A stretch of DNA of 64,000 bases from Acetobacter sp. (GTDB taxonomy: Bacteria; Pseudomonadota; Alphaproteobacteria; Acetobacterales; Acetobacteraceae), in assembly GCF_047721705.1 (NCBI RefSeq), contig NZ_JBDNXK010000004.1:2463-66462 (forward strand), written 5' to 3'. The translations under genes and the position numbers were made by a program. Under the pieces are notes generated by a model that searched no databases, was not told where the DNA came from, and worked only from the letters and a program-made list of their open reading frames with translations. Below, piece by piece: positions 8,880-17,978 of the stretch. Positions within the stretch are counted from its first letter, which is position 1. Every line of letters begins with the position of its first letter.

Positions 8880-10505
8880 ATGACATCTTCGAAGTCCTCA
8901 TTACGCGGTATGGCTCTTCTCAATGATGGCGAGGCCAATCATGGCACCGCCTTCACGGAGGAAGAGCGCCGAAGACTGGGGCTCGAAGGCCTGCTGCCCT
9001 CCCGCGTCGAGACACTGGACCGTCAGGTTGAGCGCACCCTGCACCATATTGAAATCAAGCCGGACGATCTTGAGCGCTATATCTATCTGAATTCTCTGGT
9101 CGATCGGAACGAAATCCTTTTCTACAAGGTTCTCCGGTCCGACCCAGCGCATTTCGTGCCGATCGTCTATGCGCCAACGCTCGCACGGGCCTGCAAGGTT
9201 TTCAGCCACATCTACCGCCGTCCCCGCGGGATGTACATTACGCTGGACATGAAAGGGCGCATTGCCGACGTCCTGCGCAACTGGCCGGAAGCGGATGTCC
9301 GCACGATCTGCGTGACGACTGGCGGTCGCATTCTTGGACTGGGTGATATCGGCGTAAACGGGATGGGAATCCCCATCGGCAAGCTCCAGCTCTATACGGT
9401 CTGCGGTTCCGTACCTCCCCGCTCTCTGCTGCCAATCCAGCTTGATATCGGCACCACCAACGCAGCCCTCCGCGCCGATCCGCTTTATCTGGGAATGCGG
9501 CGCGAACCACCCGCTCAGGACGAACTTGATGAGTTTGTCGATGAGTTCGTGCAGGCTGTGCAGGAAGTCTTTCCCGGCTGCTGCCTACATTTCGAAGACT
9601 GGAAGGGCACGGACGCCCTACGCTATCTCGCGCGCTACCGCGACAAGACACTGTGTTACAATGACGATATTCAGGGAACGGCAGCCGTCACACTGGCTGG
9701 CCTTTTCAGCGCCCTGCGGGTCAAAAAGGAAAAAATCTCCGACCAGACCTACCTGTTTCTCGGCGCAGGCTCATCCGGCCTCGGAATTGCGGACATTCTG
9801 ATTGCCGCCATGAAGCTTGAAGGCCTGACGGAACAGCAAGCCATCGCACGCATCACCATGATGGATGTGAACGGCCTGCTTGAAACATCCCGCACCGATC
9901 TCATCCCCGAGCAGGAACGATTTACAAAACAGGCTGAGCCCAGCACCGATCTTCTTGCTGTGATACGGCAGGTCAAACCGAGCGTTCTTATTGGAGCTTC
10001 CACAGCAGGAGGCGCCTTCAGTGAAGCTGTCATCCGTGAAATGGCAACGCTCAACGAACGTCCCATCATCTTCGCCCTGTCCCTGCCGGAAGCAAACGCG
10101 GAATGCACGGCGGAACAGGCCTATCGCTGGTCGAATGGTCGGGCGCTCTTTGCCGCGGGCATCCAGTTTCCCAACACGGAAGTCGAAGGCAAAACCTTCT
10201 TTCCCGGACAGGCCAACAATTTTTACATTTTCCCCGGCCTCGGCCTTGCGATTTATGCAACACGTCCGAAGCTTGTAACGGACGAACTCATCATTGAGGC
10301 GGCTCTTGCGCTGGCAGACCAGATCGACGTGGTGACACTGGAACGCGGTCGTCTTTATCCGCCGCAGACAGACATCATCGACGTTTCCCTCACCTCTTCC
10401 GTGCGTCTGGCCGAATTCATCTTCGACAAGGGGATGGCCAGTGTGGAGCGTCCTGAAGATATCCGCGCGTGGATCGAAAGTCTGGCTTACGATCCGCATT
10501 ATTGA
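8880..10505 (+). CDS. maeA: NAD(P)-dependent malic enzyme
   Basis: 'LNDGEANHGTAFTEEERRRLGLEGLLP', 'VTTGGRILGLGDIG', 'FEDWKGTDALRYL', 'YNDDIQGTAAV', and 'FLGAGSSGLGIA' (Rossmann motif). Start chosen at ATG 8880, which has 'AAAGGG' upstream. Confidence 0.9.
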   Translation: MTSSKSSLRGMALLNDGEANHGTAFTEEERRRLGLEGLLPSRVETLDRQVERTLHHIEIKPDDLERYIYLNSLVDRNEILFYKVLRSDPAHFVPIVYAPTLARACKVFSHIYRRPRGMYITLDMKGRIADVLRNWPEADVRTICVTTGGRILGLGDIGVNGMGIPIGKLQLYTVCGSVPPRSLLPIQLDIGTTNAALRADPLYLGMRREPPAQDELDEFVDEFVQAVQEVFPGCCLHFEDWKGTDALRYLARYRDKTLCYNDDIQGTAAVTLAGLFSALRVKKEKISDQTYLFLGAGSSGLGIADILIAAMKLEGLTEQQAIARITMMDVNGLLETSRTDLIPEQERFTKQAEPSTDLLAVIRQVKPSVLIGASTAGGAFSEAVIREMATLNERPIIFALSLPEANAECTAEQAYRWSNGRALFAAGIQFPNTEVEGKTFFPGQANNFYIFPGLGLAIYATRPKLVTDELIIEAALALADQIDVVTLERGRLYPPQTDIIDVSLTSSVRLAEFIFDKGMASVERPEDIRAWIESLAYDPHY

Positions 10506-10537
10506 AACGACTGGCCGTTTTCCGTGATCTGTGAAGC

Positions 10538-10978
10538 CTATTCCCGCAACACGCCCACCTGTGCGGCGTCATGCGGGAGAGGCTGTCCGTGCGTCTCAGT
10601 ATAGCATGACGCAAAAGCCTGCCGTTCCAGTCGTTCGCAATAGTCGAGATAACGGATCAATGCGCGTTCAGCGCGCGTGTTGCGTCCATAAATTCCCTTG
10701 TAGTGCCGCCACAAGATCAGGACGTTGACCGACCAGGCATCATAAGCGTGCATCGTCACACGTTGCCGGACAGAAGGCGGCAACTGATCGAAAGCGTCCC
10801 AGTCATCGCCATCGAAACGCCGCCACATTTCATGCCTTAGCGTGCGCTCATTACTGCTGTCCTCTTGTCGGCTTTCTTTCTCCGACGCGAATGACCCGGG
10901 CAAACACGCGCCGCTTTTTCTGTCGCCCCTATCGTTTACAAGACGGCATTCGGACATCCGCAACTCCTGTCGCAGCAA
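10538..10978 (-). CDS. Hypothetical protein, DUF6525-like
   Basis: 'WDAFDQLPPSVRQRV...YDAWSVNVLILWRHY...RAERALIRYLDYCE' resembles my recollection of DUF6525 proteins. The start is uncertain (10978, or the MSECRL start at 10957). Confidence 0.5.
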   Translation of the reverse strand: MLRQELRMSECRLVNDRGDRKSGACLPGSFASEKESRQEDSSNERTLRHEMWRRFDGDDWDAFDQLPPSVRQRVTMHAYDAWSVNVLILWRHYKGIYGRNTRAERALIRYLDYCERLERQAFASCYTETHGQPLPHDAAQVGVLRE

Positions 10979-11002
10979 TTGTGACTGGCTTCACTTCCAT
11001 TC

Positions 11003-11020
11003 GTTATGTTATAACATAAC
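11003..11020. promoter_or_regulatory. Perfect 18-bp palindrome, Zur-box-like operator candidate
   Basis: GTTATGTTATAACATAAC is its own reverse complement. It sits in the 65-bp divergent region between the DUF6525-like and DUF1826 genes. The core ATGTTATAACAT matches the proteobacterial Zur box as I remember it. Confidence 0.55.
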
Positions 11021-11043
11021 AATCATATTGCAAGCGAGTTGAC

Positions 11044-11661
11044 ATGACCGACAGTTGCCCCACCCGCCAGCAGATGAATGTTTTGAGTGCTCTGAAAGAT
11101 ATTCAGCAGCCAGATCAACATATTGTCGTTGTTGAACGGTCAATCGGCGCCCCCTTGCAGGCGGCCATCGAAGCATGGCTTGCCTACGCCCCGCGTCTAT
11201 TTCTGACCCGCGGCACCCCGGAGACGATTGAACGAGAAATTGCTGACATCATGCCAGTGGACGCGCACTGGCTTCTGCGCGACATTCTCACTCTGGCGCA
11301 TCAATACAGAACATTTTCCCAAACTCAGGAATTACGTGTCCGACTGGAAATCATCATCGGTGACAGCTGCCGCCGTTTTCATGTGGATAATGTGCCGCTC
11401 CGTCTGCTCTGCACATATGCCGGGCCGGGTGTCCAATGGCGCTATCAGGACGAGGAAGCCATTCATCAGACGAGCACGGGAGCCATCACGCTTCTTAAAG
11501 GTCTGAAATTTCCCGACTGGAGCGAAGAACCCGCAATCCTACACCGTTCCCCGCCCCTGTCGGCCTGTTCCACCCCAACGCAGCGGCTGTTGCTGACAGT
11601 GGATCATCCTGATGCCTGCGGCATGACCGCCACCACACAAAGCCTTCTGGTGGAAGCCTGA
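11044..11661 (+). CDS. DUF1826 domain-containing protein
   Basis: 'CRRFHVDNVPLRLLCTYAGPGVQW' and the overall ~200-aa size match my recollection of PF08856. An alternative start is at M11. Confidence 0.65.
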   Translation: MTDSCPTRQQMNVLSALKDIQQPDQHIVVVERSIGAPLQAAIEAWLAYAPRLFLTRGTPETIEREIADIMPVDAHWLLRDILTLAHQYRTFSQTQELRVRLEIIIGDSCRRFHVDNVPLRLLCTYAGPGVQWRYQDEEAIHQTSTGAITLLKGLKFPDWSEEPAILHRSPPLSACSTPTQRLLLTVDHPDACGMTATTQSLLVEA

Positions 11662-11664
11662 GGT

Positions 11665-12972
11665 TTAATCCCCGGAAACAGCCATGAAAGCGAAAGCCGT
11701 CGGCGTTCCGACAGGCGTGAAGTTCCATGTGAAATCCAGCACGCCGGTTTCACCATTCACCCGCCACGAGGTGATGGAATCGCTGCGCTGATTGGCGACA
11801 AACAGGAACTGTCCCGAAGGATCAAAAGCGAAAGAACGGCCATAGTTGGCGTGTTCCCAAGCCTGATCGAACAGTTCGATGGAGCCATCATCCTTCACGC
11901 GGAAACAGGCAATGGAATCACCAAGCCGGTTCGTCACATAAAGGAATTTTCCATTCGGGTGCAGACCGATTTCGGCGGCAAGCGTGCTTCCACGAAACTT
12001 TGCCGTCACAGTCATGGCCGTCTGACGCACGGACATCTCGCCCGTTTCCTGATCGTAATCCGCCACGACCACACGAGAATTCTGCTCACCCAGAATGTAG
12101 ATGACCTTGCCATCTGGACTGAAACAGAAATGACGCGGTGCAGACCCCGGTTCCATCGCCATGAAAGGAGACTTTGCCGGACTCAGCTTTCCGGATTCGA
12201 GATCGAACTTCCAGACATAGACGCGGTCCAGACCGGCATCGGCCCCGACAATGAACCGTCCCGCCGCGTCCGCCTGAATCATATGCATGTGCGATCCGGA
12301 GTGATCACTGACGGCATAATTGCCCGGCGGATTATCCTTCGCACGTTCCGGCATTCGGGGACCCGTATTCTGCACGAGATCTGTCCGCTCCCCCAGACTT
12401 CCATCCGGCTGAAGGCGGATAACGGCTGCGCTGCCACCGGTATAATTCGCCGCAAACACATAGCGTCCTGAAGGATGGACGCTTAAGTGAGCGGGATCAG
12501 CACCACCTGACGGTACTGCGTTCAGAAATTTCAGGACACCTGTGTGCTGATCGACGTTAAAAGCGGAAACAGCGCCTGTCTTTTCTCCACCAAAATCGCT
12601 GACTTCATTGACACAATAAAGAGTTTTATGATCCGGTGAGAAAGCCAGAAAAGATGGGTTATCCGCATTGGTTGGCTGACCGACCTGCGTAAGTATGCCT
12701 GTTTCCTGATTCATTTCGAACAGGGTGATACCCTTGGCATTTGCGTCATCCGGCCCGGAACGTGTGTAGCCACCGACATAACAGAGAACGCGAAGACCGC
12801 TCTTTCGTGCGGCCGCCTCCGGTGTCATTTTCGGCAATGCGGCTTTGGGAATGGGCGCGGGCGGCGGCGCTTTGCCATTTTCGCCAAACGCAGCGTCAGT
12901 CAGACCACTCAGACCTGTTCCCAAAAGAGACAGACCAAACAGACGCCGTCCAAAACCCCTTTTCTGGCTCAT
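11665..12972 (-). CDS. Exported lactonase, 7-bladed beta-propeller family (PF10282-like)
   Basis: Tat/Sec-like leader 'MSQKRGFGRRLFGLSLLGTGLSGLTDAAFG'. Repeated 'P..l..hP.G.flyv.n' blades are visible ('PAHLSVHPSGRYVFAANY', 'PRHFCFSPDGKVIYILGE', 'EIGLHPNGKFLYVTNR', 'SFAFDPSGQFLFVANQ'). Confidence 0.8.
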   Translation of the reverse strand: MSQKRGFGRRLFGLSLLGTGLSGLTDAAFGENGKAPPPAPIPKAALPKMTPEAAARKSGLRVLCYVGGYTRSGPDDANAKGITLFEMNQETGILTQVGQPTNADNPSFLAFSPDHKTLYCVNEVSDFGGEKTGAVSAFNVDQHTGVLKFLNAVPSGGADPAHLSVHPSGRYVFAANYTGGSAAVIRLQPDGSLGERTDLVQNTGPRMPERAKDNPPGNYAVSDHSGSHMHMIQADAAGRFIVGADAGLDRVYVWKFDLESGKLSPAKSPFMAMEPGSAPRHFCFSPDGKVIYILGEQNSRVVVADYDQETGEMSVRQTAMTVTAKFRGSTLAAEIGLHPNGKFLYVTNRLGDSIACFRVKDDGSIELFDQAWEHANYGRSFAFDPSGQFLFVANQRSDSITSWRVNGETGVLDFTWNFTPVGTPTAFAFMAVSGD

Positions 12973-13102
12973 ATAAAAAACACTTCCTCAATTCATTTCA
13001 GTTGGAAAGAACGTCACTGTTCCAGTTATCGCTACCCTAGAGCGATATTATGACCAGAAGAGGAACAGCAGTTAATTGGTTGCAGATAATTGAAGCGTGC
13101 AA

Positions 13103-13588
13103 TTATTTGATAACATGCGTGAGCACGCGTGAAAGCGGCGTGTGCGACAGCACAATAACCAGAAGTCCGCAGAAAATCGCGGCACGTCCACAGATAAATA
13201 TCCCGACATCAAGGAGATCATGCAAGGTCGCCATATTGACGAAGGGGTCCAAGGGCGCGTCTTCATCCGACACGTTCCGCAAAGCCCGTTCCGCCCGGCG
13301 CGTCGCTTCATCCGGCGATAGTTCTGCTCTCAGAAACAGTTCGGTGCGATAGACATCGAGCGCATCGACCCGATAGCGCCCCCTGTCCAAGGCGACAGGA
13401 CCACAATGGCCGACCTCCAGCATTCTCAACCGAAACGGCGTAATGCCCAGATAACGAGCGGCCTCTCGTCGATCCAGCAGCGAACGACCGGGGAACGCGT
13501 AAACCGTTTTCCCTGCATCTCCGATATCTGCCGTTTGGGGATTTTCCACCATTTTCAACAATTCGACGCACGGGACGAACAATGTCAA
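13103..13588 (-). CDS. Hypothetical membrane-anchored HTH protein
   Basis: The longest ORF in this gap. It has an excisionase/MerR-like HTH segment ('LLDRREAARYLGITPFRLRMLE') and one C-terminal hydrophobic helix ('VGIFICGRAAIFCGLLVIVL'). The start is uncertain (M1 or M13). Confidence 0.5.
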   Translation of the reverse strand: MTLFVPCVELLKMVENPQTADIGDAGKTVYAFPGRSLLDRREAARYLGITPFRLRMLEVGHCGPVALDRGRYRVDALDVYRTELFLRAELSPDEATRRAERALRNVSDEDAPLDPFVNMATLHDLLDVGIFICGRAAIFCGLLVIVLSHTPLSRVLTHVIK

Positions 13589-13681
13589 CGACGGTTTTTT
13601 GGATGCAGCCTTGCAGACAGCCCTCCTGAACCCTCATTCAGGAGGTGATTTCCGCAGAAAAACACAGATAAAGCAATGACC

Positions 13682-13701
13682 TGAGGGCTCAAACGCCCTC
13701 A
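13682..13701 (-). terminator. Hairpin just downstream of the flippase stop
   Basis: TGAGGGC-tcaaac-GCCCTCA forms a 7-bp stem. A second perfect 8-bp hairpin, CTCCTGAA-N6-TTCAGGAG, lies at 13623-13644. Neither has a strong U-tract. Confidence 0.3.
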
Positions 13702-13710
13702 TCGCATCAC

Positions 13711-15231
13711 CTATGCTTTTTTCATTTTCCTGGCGAGACGTTCCACAACGGACATAAAGGCACTTCTTTCGCCTGCATCGAGACAGGTGCTCCACAGCAC
13801 ACCGTAAAAAACAACCGACAGGATGACAGCCGCACCAAATGCCACCGGAAGGCTCATGTGAATGGTGGCAAGACAGAGCAGCACTGCGCCGGAAAGCGTC
13901 GCAGGCAGCACCCTTATGACTGCGGGGCGAAGCGGCTGATAAAGGCGCACACTCACGAGCGACCGCATCCCATAGTCCGCACAGACGCGGAGAGCCCACG
14001 CACAGGCAGCACCCGGCACACCGAAGAAAAGAAGCGCAAAGTAGAGGACCGGAAGATAAATGATGATTTCAACGATGGAAAATTTTGCATTCACATCAGC
14101 GCGGCCAATCGCATCGACCAGACCGGCTGCGATGGTGTCCGCGCCACTCAGGAACATCCCGAGACAGAGTAGCTTCATGATGGTGCTACTGCGGGCGGCA
14201 AAGTCTGGATCGATCCAGAGGGCAAGCAACGGATGACTGAACAGGCTCGCAATGAGGCATGGCGGAAACAGCAGAGCGGAAACAACGAGAACGCTTGTGC
14301 TGTAGATTTTCGCGGTACGCCCCGCATCACGGCGCCATGAGGCGGCCAAGGCCGGAAAAGATGATCCGCTGACAGACGTGGTCAGCATCCCGAAGCGGTT
14401 CACGACATCCGCAGGTGTTGAATAATAACTTGTCGCGGCAGCCGACACCACGCTGGCGATCATGAACCGGTCAAGATAGCTGAGAATCGGAAAGACGATG
14501 TTCGAAACGGTCATCCAGCCGCCGACACGCAGCAACGGTTTCAGCAGGTTGGGGCGAACACGAGCCTGTCGTAATTCCGGGATACGTTTCAGTAAAGGCG
14601 GCAGATAGGCGATCGTCAGAGCGATACGGCACCCAAGCACCGTCAGCATGACGGCAATGAGACTATCCCACACATAAAGTGCGCCCAATGGGGCTACATA
14701 ATAGGCAATGGAGACCGGAATATTGATCAGATTGGCCGTCCGGAAAGCGTGATAGCTCGTATAGACGCTCCAGAACGCAGCATTGAGCATGAGAAACGGT
14801 CCGGTGGCGCAGAAAATCCACATGGACCAGAGGACTTCCGAATGAAGCTCCGGTGGAATCTTCAGCCCGTGGTCAACCCATAAGCCGACAACCACGCTCG
14901 CGAGCAGTCCTCCGGCGACACCCATGAGGGTGAGCACAACACAGCCTGTCAGAATGAGATCAGCCGTTTCCGGGGTAGTTTTGCCATCAGGACGGTCTGC
15001 AATGGCGCGCGTCATGGCACGACCAAGGCCCATATCGAAGATACCGAGCGTCCCGATCATGCTGAGCGCGATGGTGAATACACCCCACCGTGACAGTCCA
15101 AGCATGTGAATCAGCTTTGGCGTCACAAGCAGCGCAACAAACACCGGCGAAACACGCCCGATGAGATTCCACGCTGTATTGGAGAGGATATGATGTGTGT
15201 GCGGGAGGTCAGACCCCTCGGTCTTTTCCAT
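13711..15231 (-). CDS. Polysaccharide/oligosaccharide flippase (Wzx/MOP superfamily)
   Basis: 506 aa with about 12-14 hydrophobic segments. The N-terminus 'NTAWNLIGRVSPVFVALLVTPKLIHMLGLSRWGVFTIALSMIG' is typical of PF01943/PF13440 proteins. Confidence 0.8.
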   Translation of the reverse strand: MEKTEGSDLPHTHHILSNTAWNLIGRVSPVFVALLVTPKLIHMLGLSRWGVFTIALSMIGTLGIFDMGLGRAMTRAIADRPDGKTTPETADLILTGCVVLTLMGVAGGLLASVVVGLWVDHGLKIPPELHSEVLWSMWIFCATGPFLMLNAAFWSVYTSYHAFRTANLINIPVSIAYYVAPLGALYVWDSLIAVMLTVLGCRIALTIAYLPPLLKRIPELRQARVRPNLLKPLLRVGGWMTVSNIVFPILSYLDRFMIASVVSAAATSYYSTPADVVNRFGMLTTSVSGSSFPALAASWRRDAGRTAKIYSTSVLVVSALLFPPCLIASLFSHPLLALWIDPDFAARSSTIMKLLCLGMFLSGADTIAAGLVDAIGRADVNAKFSIVEIIIYLPVLYFALLFFGVPGAACAWALRVCADYGMRSLVSVRLYQPLRPAVIRVLPATLSGAVLLCLATIHMSLPVAFGAAVILSVVFYGVLWSTCLDAGERSAFMSVVERLARKMKKA

Positions 15232-15391
15232 TCGCCTTTATGCCCCCGAGGCCTACCCGCCAACCATCAGGGTACAGAAACACTTCCACATCTTTGTGGC
15301 CTCGTTTCTCTGCAATCCCCATGCGAACCCGACACACCGAGAGAAAAGCGGGGATTTTCTCCGGCTACTCCGTGCCCGTTATCCAGAAATA

Positions 15392-15416
15392 TTCGGGCAG
15401 AAAAATCCTGCCCGAA
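15392..15416 (-). terminator. Rho-independent terminator candidate for ndk
   Basis: On the - strand, TTCGGGCAG-gattttt-CTGCCCGAA forms a 9-bp stem followed by 'TATTTCT'. It starts 15 nt after the ndk stop. Confidence 0.5.
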
Positions 15417-15430
15417 GCATTTCGTCCGAC

Positions 15431-15853
15431 TTACGGAAGAATTTCCGTCTCGGCGAAGAAGAAGCGAATTTCGTTCGCTGCATTCTCGGCGCTGTCGGAA
15501 CCATGCACGGAGTTGGCTTCAATGCTCTCCGCGAACTGGGCACGAATGGTCTGCGGCTCGGCCTTCTTCGGGTCGGTCGCGCCCATGACTTCGCGGTTCT
15601 TCGCAACAGCGTTCTCACCTTCGAGAACCTGCAGAACGACCGGACCGGAAATCATGAAGGACACCAGCTCGCCATAAAAAGGACGCTCTTTGTGCACAGC
15701 ATAGAATGCGCCTGCCTGAGCTTCACTCAGCTGGACGCGCTTCTGAGCAACGATGCGCAGACCGTTCTCTTCGAACACGGCATTGATCTTGCCGGTCAGG
15801 TTGCGGCGGGTCGCGTCTGGCTTGATGATGGAAAGGGTGCGCTCAACGGCCAT
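15431..15853 (-). CDS. ndk: Nucleoside-diphosphate kinase
   Basis: '[20 protein letters not shown]', '[14 protein letters not shown]', 'NSVHGSDS'. 140 aa. Confidence 0.97.
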   Translation of the reverse strand: MAVERTLSIIKPDATRRNLTGKINAVFEENGLRIVAQKRVQLSEAQAGAFYAVHKERPFYGELVSFMISGPVVLQVLEGENAVAKNREVMGATDPKKAEPQTIRAQFAESIEANSVHGSDSAENAANEIRFFFAETEILP

Positions 15854-16028
15854 GTGTGGCTCCTGATACTCTTCAGTTGTTCGCCCTGTAATCAGCAGGG
15901 ACGACTTCGCGGATAATCCAGCGGCAGCAAAGCCTCTAGAGCATTCTCGCTCTCTCGGGTAGGGCTTTGCGGCATTGGATGCTATGGCAGATTCATTCTT
16001 TACGCTTTTTTTCTAGTATGAGACTGCC

Positions 16029-17924
16029 GTGAGTTTGCTCGTCATCCATGATCTGACCCTCCGCATCGCCGGGCGCACACTGCTGGAACAGGCGGATCTG
16101 TCCATTGAACCGGGTCGCAAGGTGGGACTCGTTGGGCGCAACGGCGCAGGCAAATCCACACTGCTCGCGGCGATTTCCGGTGATATCCAGCCCGATGGCG
16201 GGACCATCCGCCTTTCCGCCCGCGCCCACCTTGGTCGTGTAAAGCAGGAGGCGCCATCCGGCCCCGCCTCGCTGATCGCGACCGTTCTGGAAGGCGACAC
16301 GGAACGTTCCGCCCTGCTTGCTGAAGCCGATACGGCGACTGATCCGCAGCGGATCGCGGAAATTCATGAGCGTCTTCTGGCAATCAATGCGGACAGCGCC
16401 CCCGCACGTGCCGCCAGCATCCTCTCGGGCCTCGGTTTCAACGCGGAAGCTCAGGCGCGGCCCGTCTCGGATTTCTCCGGTGGCTGGCGGATGCGTGTGT
16501 CGCTCGCCACAGCCCTGTTCCTTGAACCGGACCTGTTGCTGCTCGACGAACCGACCAACCATCTCGACCTTGAAGCCACCCTCTGGCTGGAAGGATGGCT
16601 TTCCCGCTTTTCCGGCGCTGCCCTGATTGTCAGCCATGATCGCGGCCTGCTGGATTCCTGCGTGGATGCCATCGCTCACCTCGATCGGGGCAAGCTGTCC
16701 CTCACGCCCGGCGGTTACGAGGAGTTCGTCCGTATCCGCACCGAACAGGCTCTTCAGCAGTCCCGCGCCGCAGAAAGAGTTGCGGCACAGCGGGCACACA
16801 TGCAGTCGTTTGTGGACCGTTTCCGCGCCAAGGCAACGAAGGCCCGGCAGGCACAGGCCCGCCTGAAAGCGCTTGAAAAGCTGCCGGTCATTGAAAGCGT
16901 CGTCGAGGATTCCCCTACCCGCTTTGAATTTCCCGTTCCGGCTCCGCTGCCACCGCCAATGATCACGATGGATCGCGTGACGGTGGGTTACGATGGCAAA
17001 CCGATTCTTTCCAATATATCACTCCGCATCGACATGGAGGATCGCATCGCGCTGCTTGGCGCGAACGGTAACGGCAAGTCGACCTTCGCCAAACTGGTTG
17101 CGGGCCGCCTCACCCCAATGTCCGGCACGATGAATCACAGTTCGCGTCTGAAAGTCGGGTATTTCGCCCAGCATCAGGCTGAAGAACTGGTGTTGAACGA
17201 TACGCCTATCGATCATATGGCGCGCGCATTGCCGCAGGCTCTCCCCACAGAAGTGCGCTCGCAACTCGCACGGTTCGGTCTTGACGCTGCCAAGGCTGAA
17301 ACCAAGGTGTCGGAACTGTCCGGTGGCGAGAAGGCGCGGCTCCTCCTTGCCCTTGCCACGCGCGACGCCCCTCAACTTCTAATTCTTGACGAACCAACCA
17401 ACCATCTCGATCTCGACGCCAAGGACGCCTTGGTGCGTGCCCTGTCGGCGTTTGAAGGCGCAGTCCTGCTGATCAGCCATGACCCACATCTGGTTGAGAT
17501 GGTTGCCGATCGCCTCTGGCTCGTGGGCGACGGCAAGATCACGCCCTTCGAAGGCGATATGGCTGAGTATCGCACATGGCTTCTAGAACGGTCGCGGGCG
17601 GCGGCGCGGAATGGCGCAGCCAGCAATGCGGAACCCACAACCGGCAAAAAGGAAGAGCGGCGCGAAAGAGCGGAAGCGCGGAAGGCACAGGCGCCTTTGC
17701 GCAAGCGGGTGAAGGATGCCGAAGCGAAAATGTCAAAGCTTTCGACGGAGCGGGCCAAAATCGAGGCGAAACTCGCCGATCCGTCTCTCTATGCAAACGC
17801 CTCTGGCGACGAAGTCACAAAACTGACGACAAAGCTGGCCGCCATCAAGAAGGATGAAGAACAGGCGGAAGAGGAATGGTTCGCGGCACAAGGCGCGCTG
17901 GAAGAAGCGGCGTCAGAGGAATAA
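16029..17924 (+). CDS. ABC-F family ATPase (two ABC cassettes, coiled-coil C-terminal extension)
   Basis: Two Walker A motifs ('GRNGAGKST', 'GANGNGKST'), two signature motifs ('FSGGWRMR', 'LSGGEKAR') and two Walker B motifs ('LLLLDEPTNHLD', 'LLILDEPTNHLD'). There is no TM domain. The C-terminal tail is Lys/Glu-rich. GTG start. Confidence 0.92.
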   Translation: MSLLVIHDLTLRIAGRTLLEQADLSIEPGRKVGLVGRNGAGKSTLLAAISGDIQPDGGTIRLSARAHLGRVKQEAPSGPASLIATVLEGDTERSALLAEADTATDPQRIAEIHERLLAINADSAPARAASILSGLGFNAEAQARPVSDFSGGWRMRVSLATALFLEPDLLLLDEPTNHLDLEATLWLEGWLSRFSGAALIVSHDRGLLDSCVDAIAHLDRGKLSLTPGGYEEFVRIRTEQALQQSRAAERVAAQRAHMQSFVDRFRAKATKARQAQARLKALEKLPVIESVVEDSPTRFEFPVPAPLPPPMITMDRVTVGYDGKPILSNISLRIDMEDRIALLGANGNGKSTFAKLVAGRLTPMSGTMNHSSRLKVGYFAQHQAEELVLNDTPIDHMARALPQALPTEVRSQLARFGLDAAKAETKVSELSGGEKARLLLALATRDAPQLLILDEPTNHLDLDAKDALVRALSAFEGAVLLISHDPHLVEMVADRLWLVGDGKITPFEGDMAEYRTWLLERSRAAARNGAASNAEPTTGKKEERRERAEARKAQAPLRKRVKDAEAKMSKLSTERAKIEAKLADPSLYANASGDEVTKLTTKLAAIKKDEEQAEEEWFAAQGALEEAASEE

Positions 17925-17934
17925 GCAGGCTTTT

Positions 17935-17970
17935 CAGACTACATGGCCGAAGCGAAGATCATGTAGTCTG
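17935..17970. terminator. 11-bp perfect hairpin between convergent genes
   Basis: CAGACTACATG-N14-CATGTAGTCTG. It has no U-tract, so its function as a terminator is uncertain. Confidence 0.35.
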
Positions 17971-17978
17971 CGCTGTCC

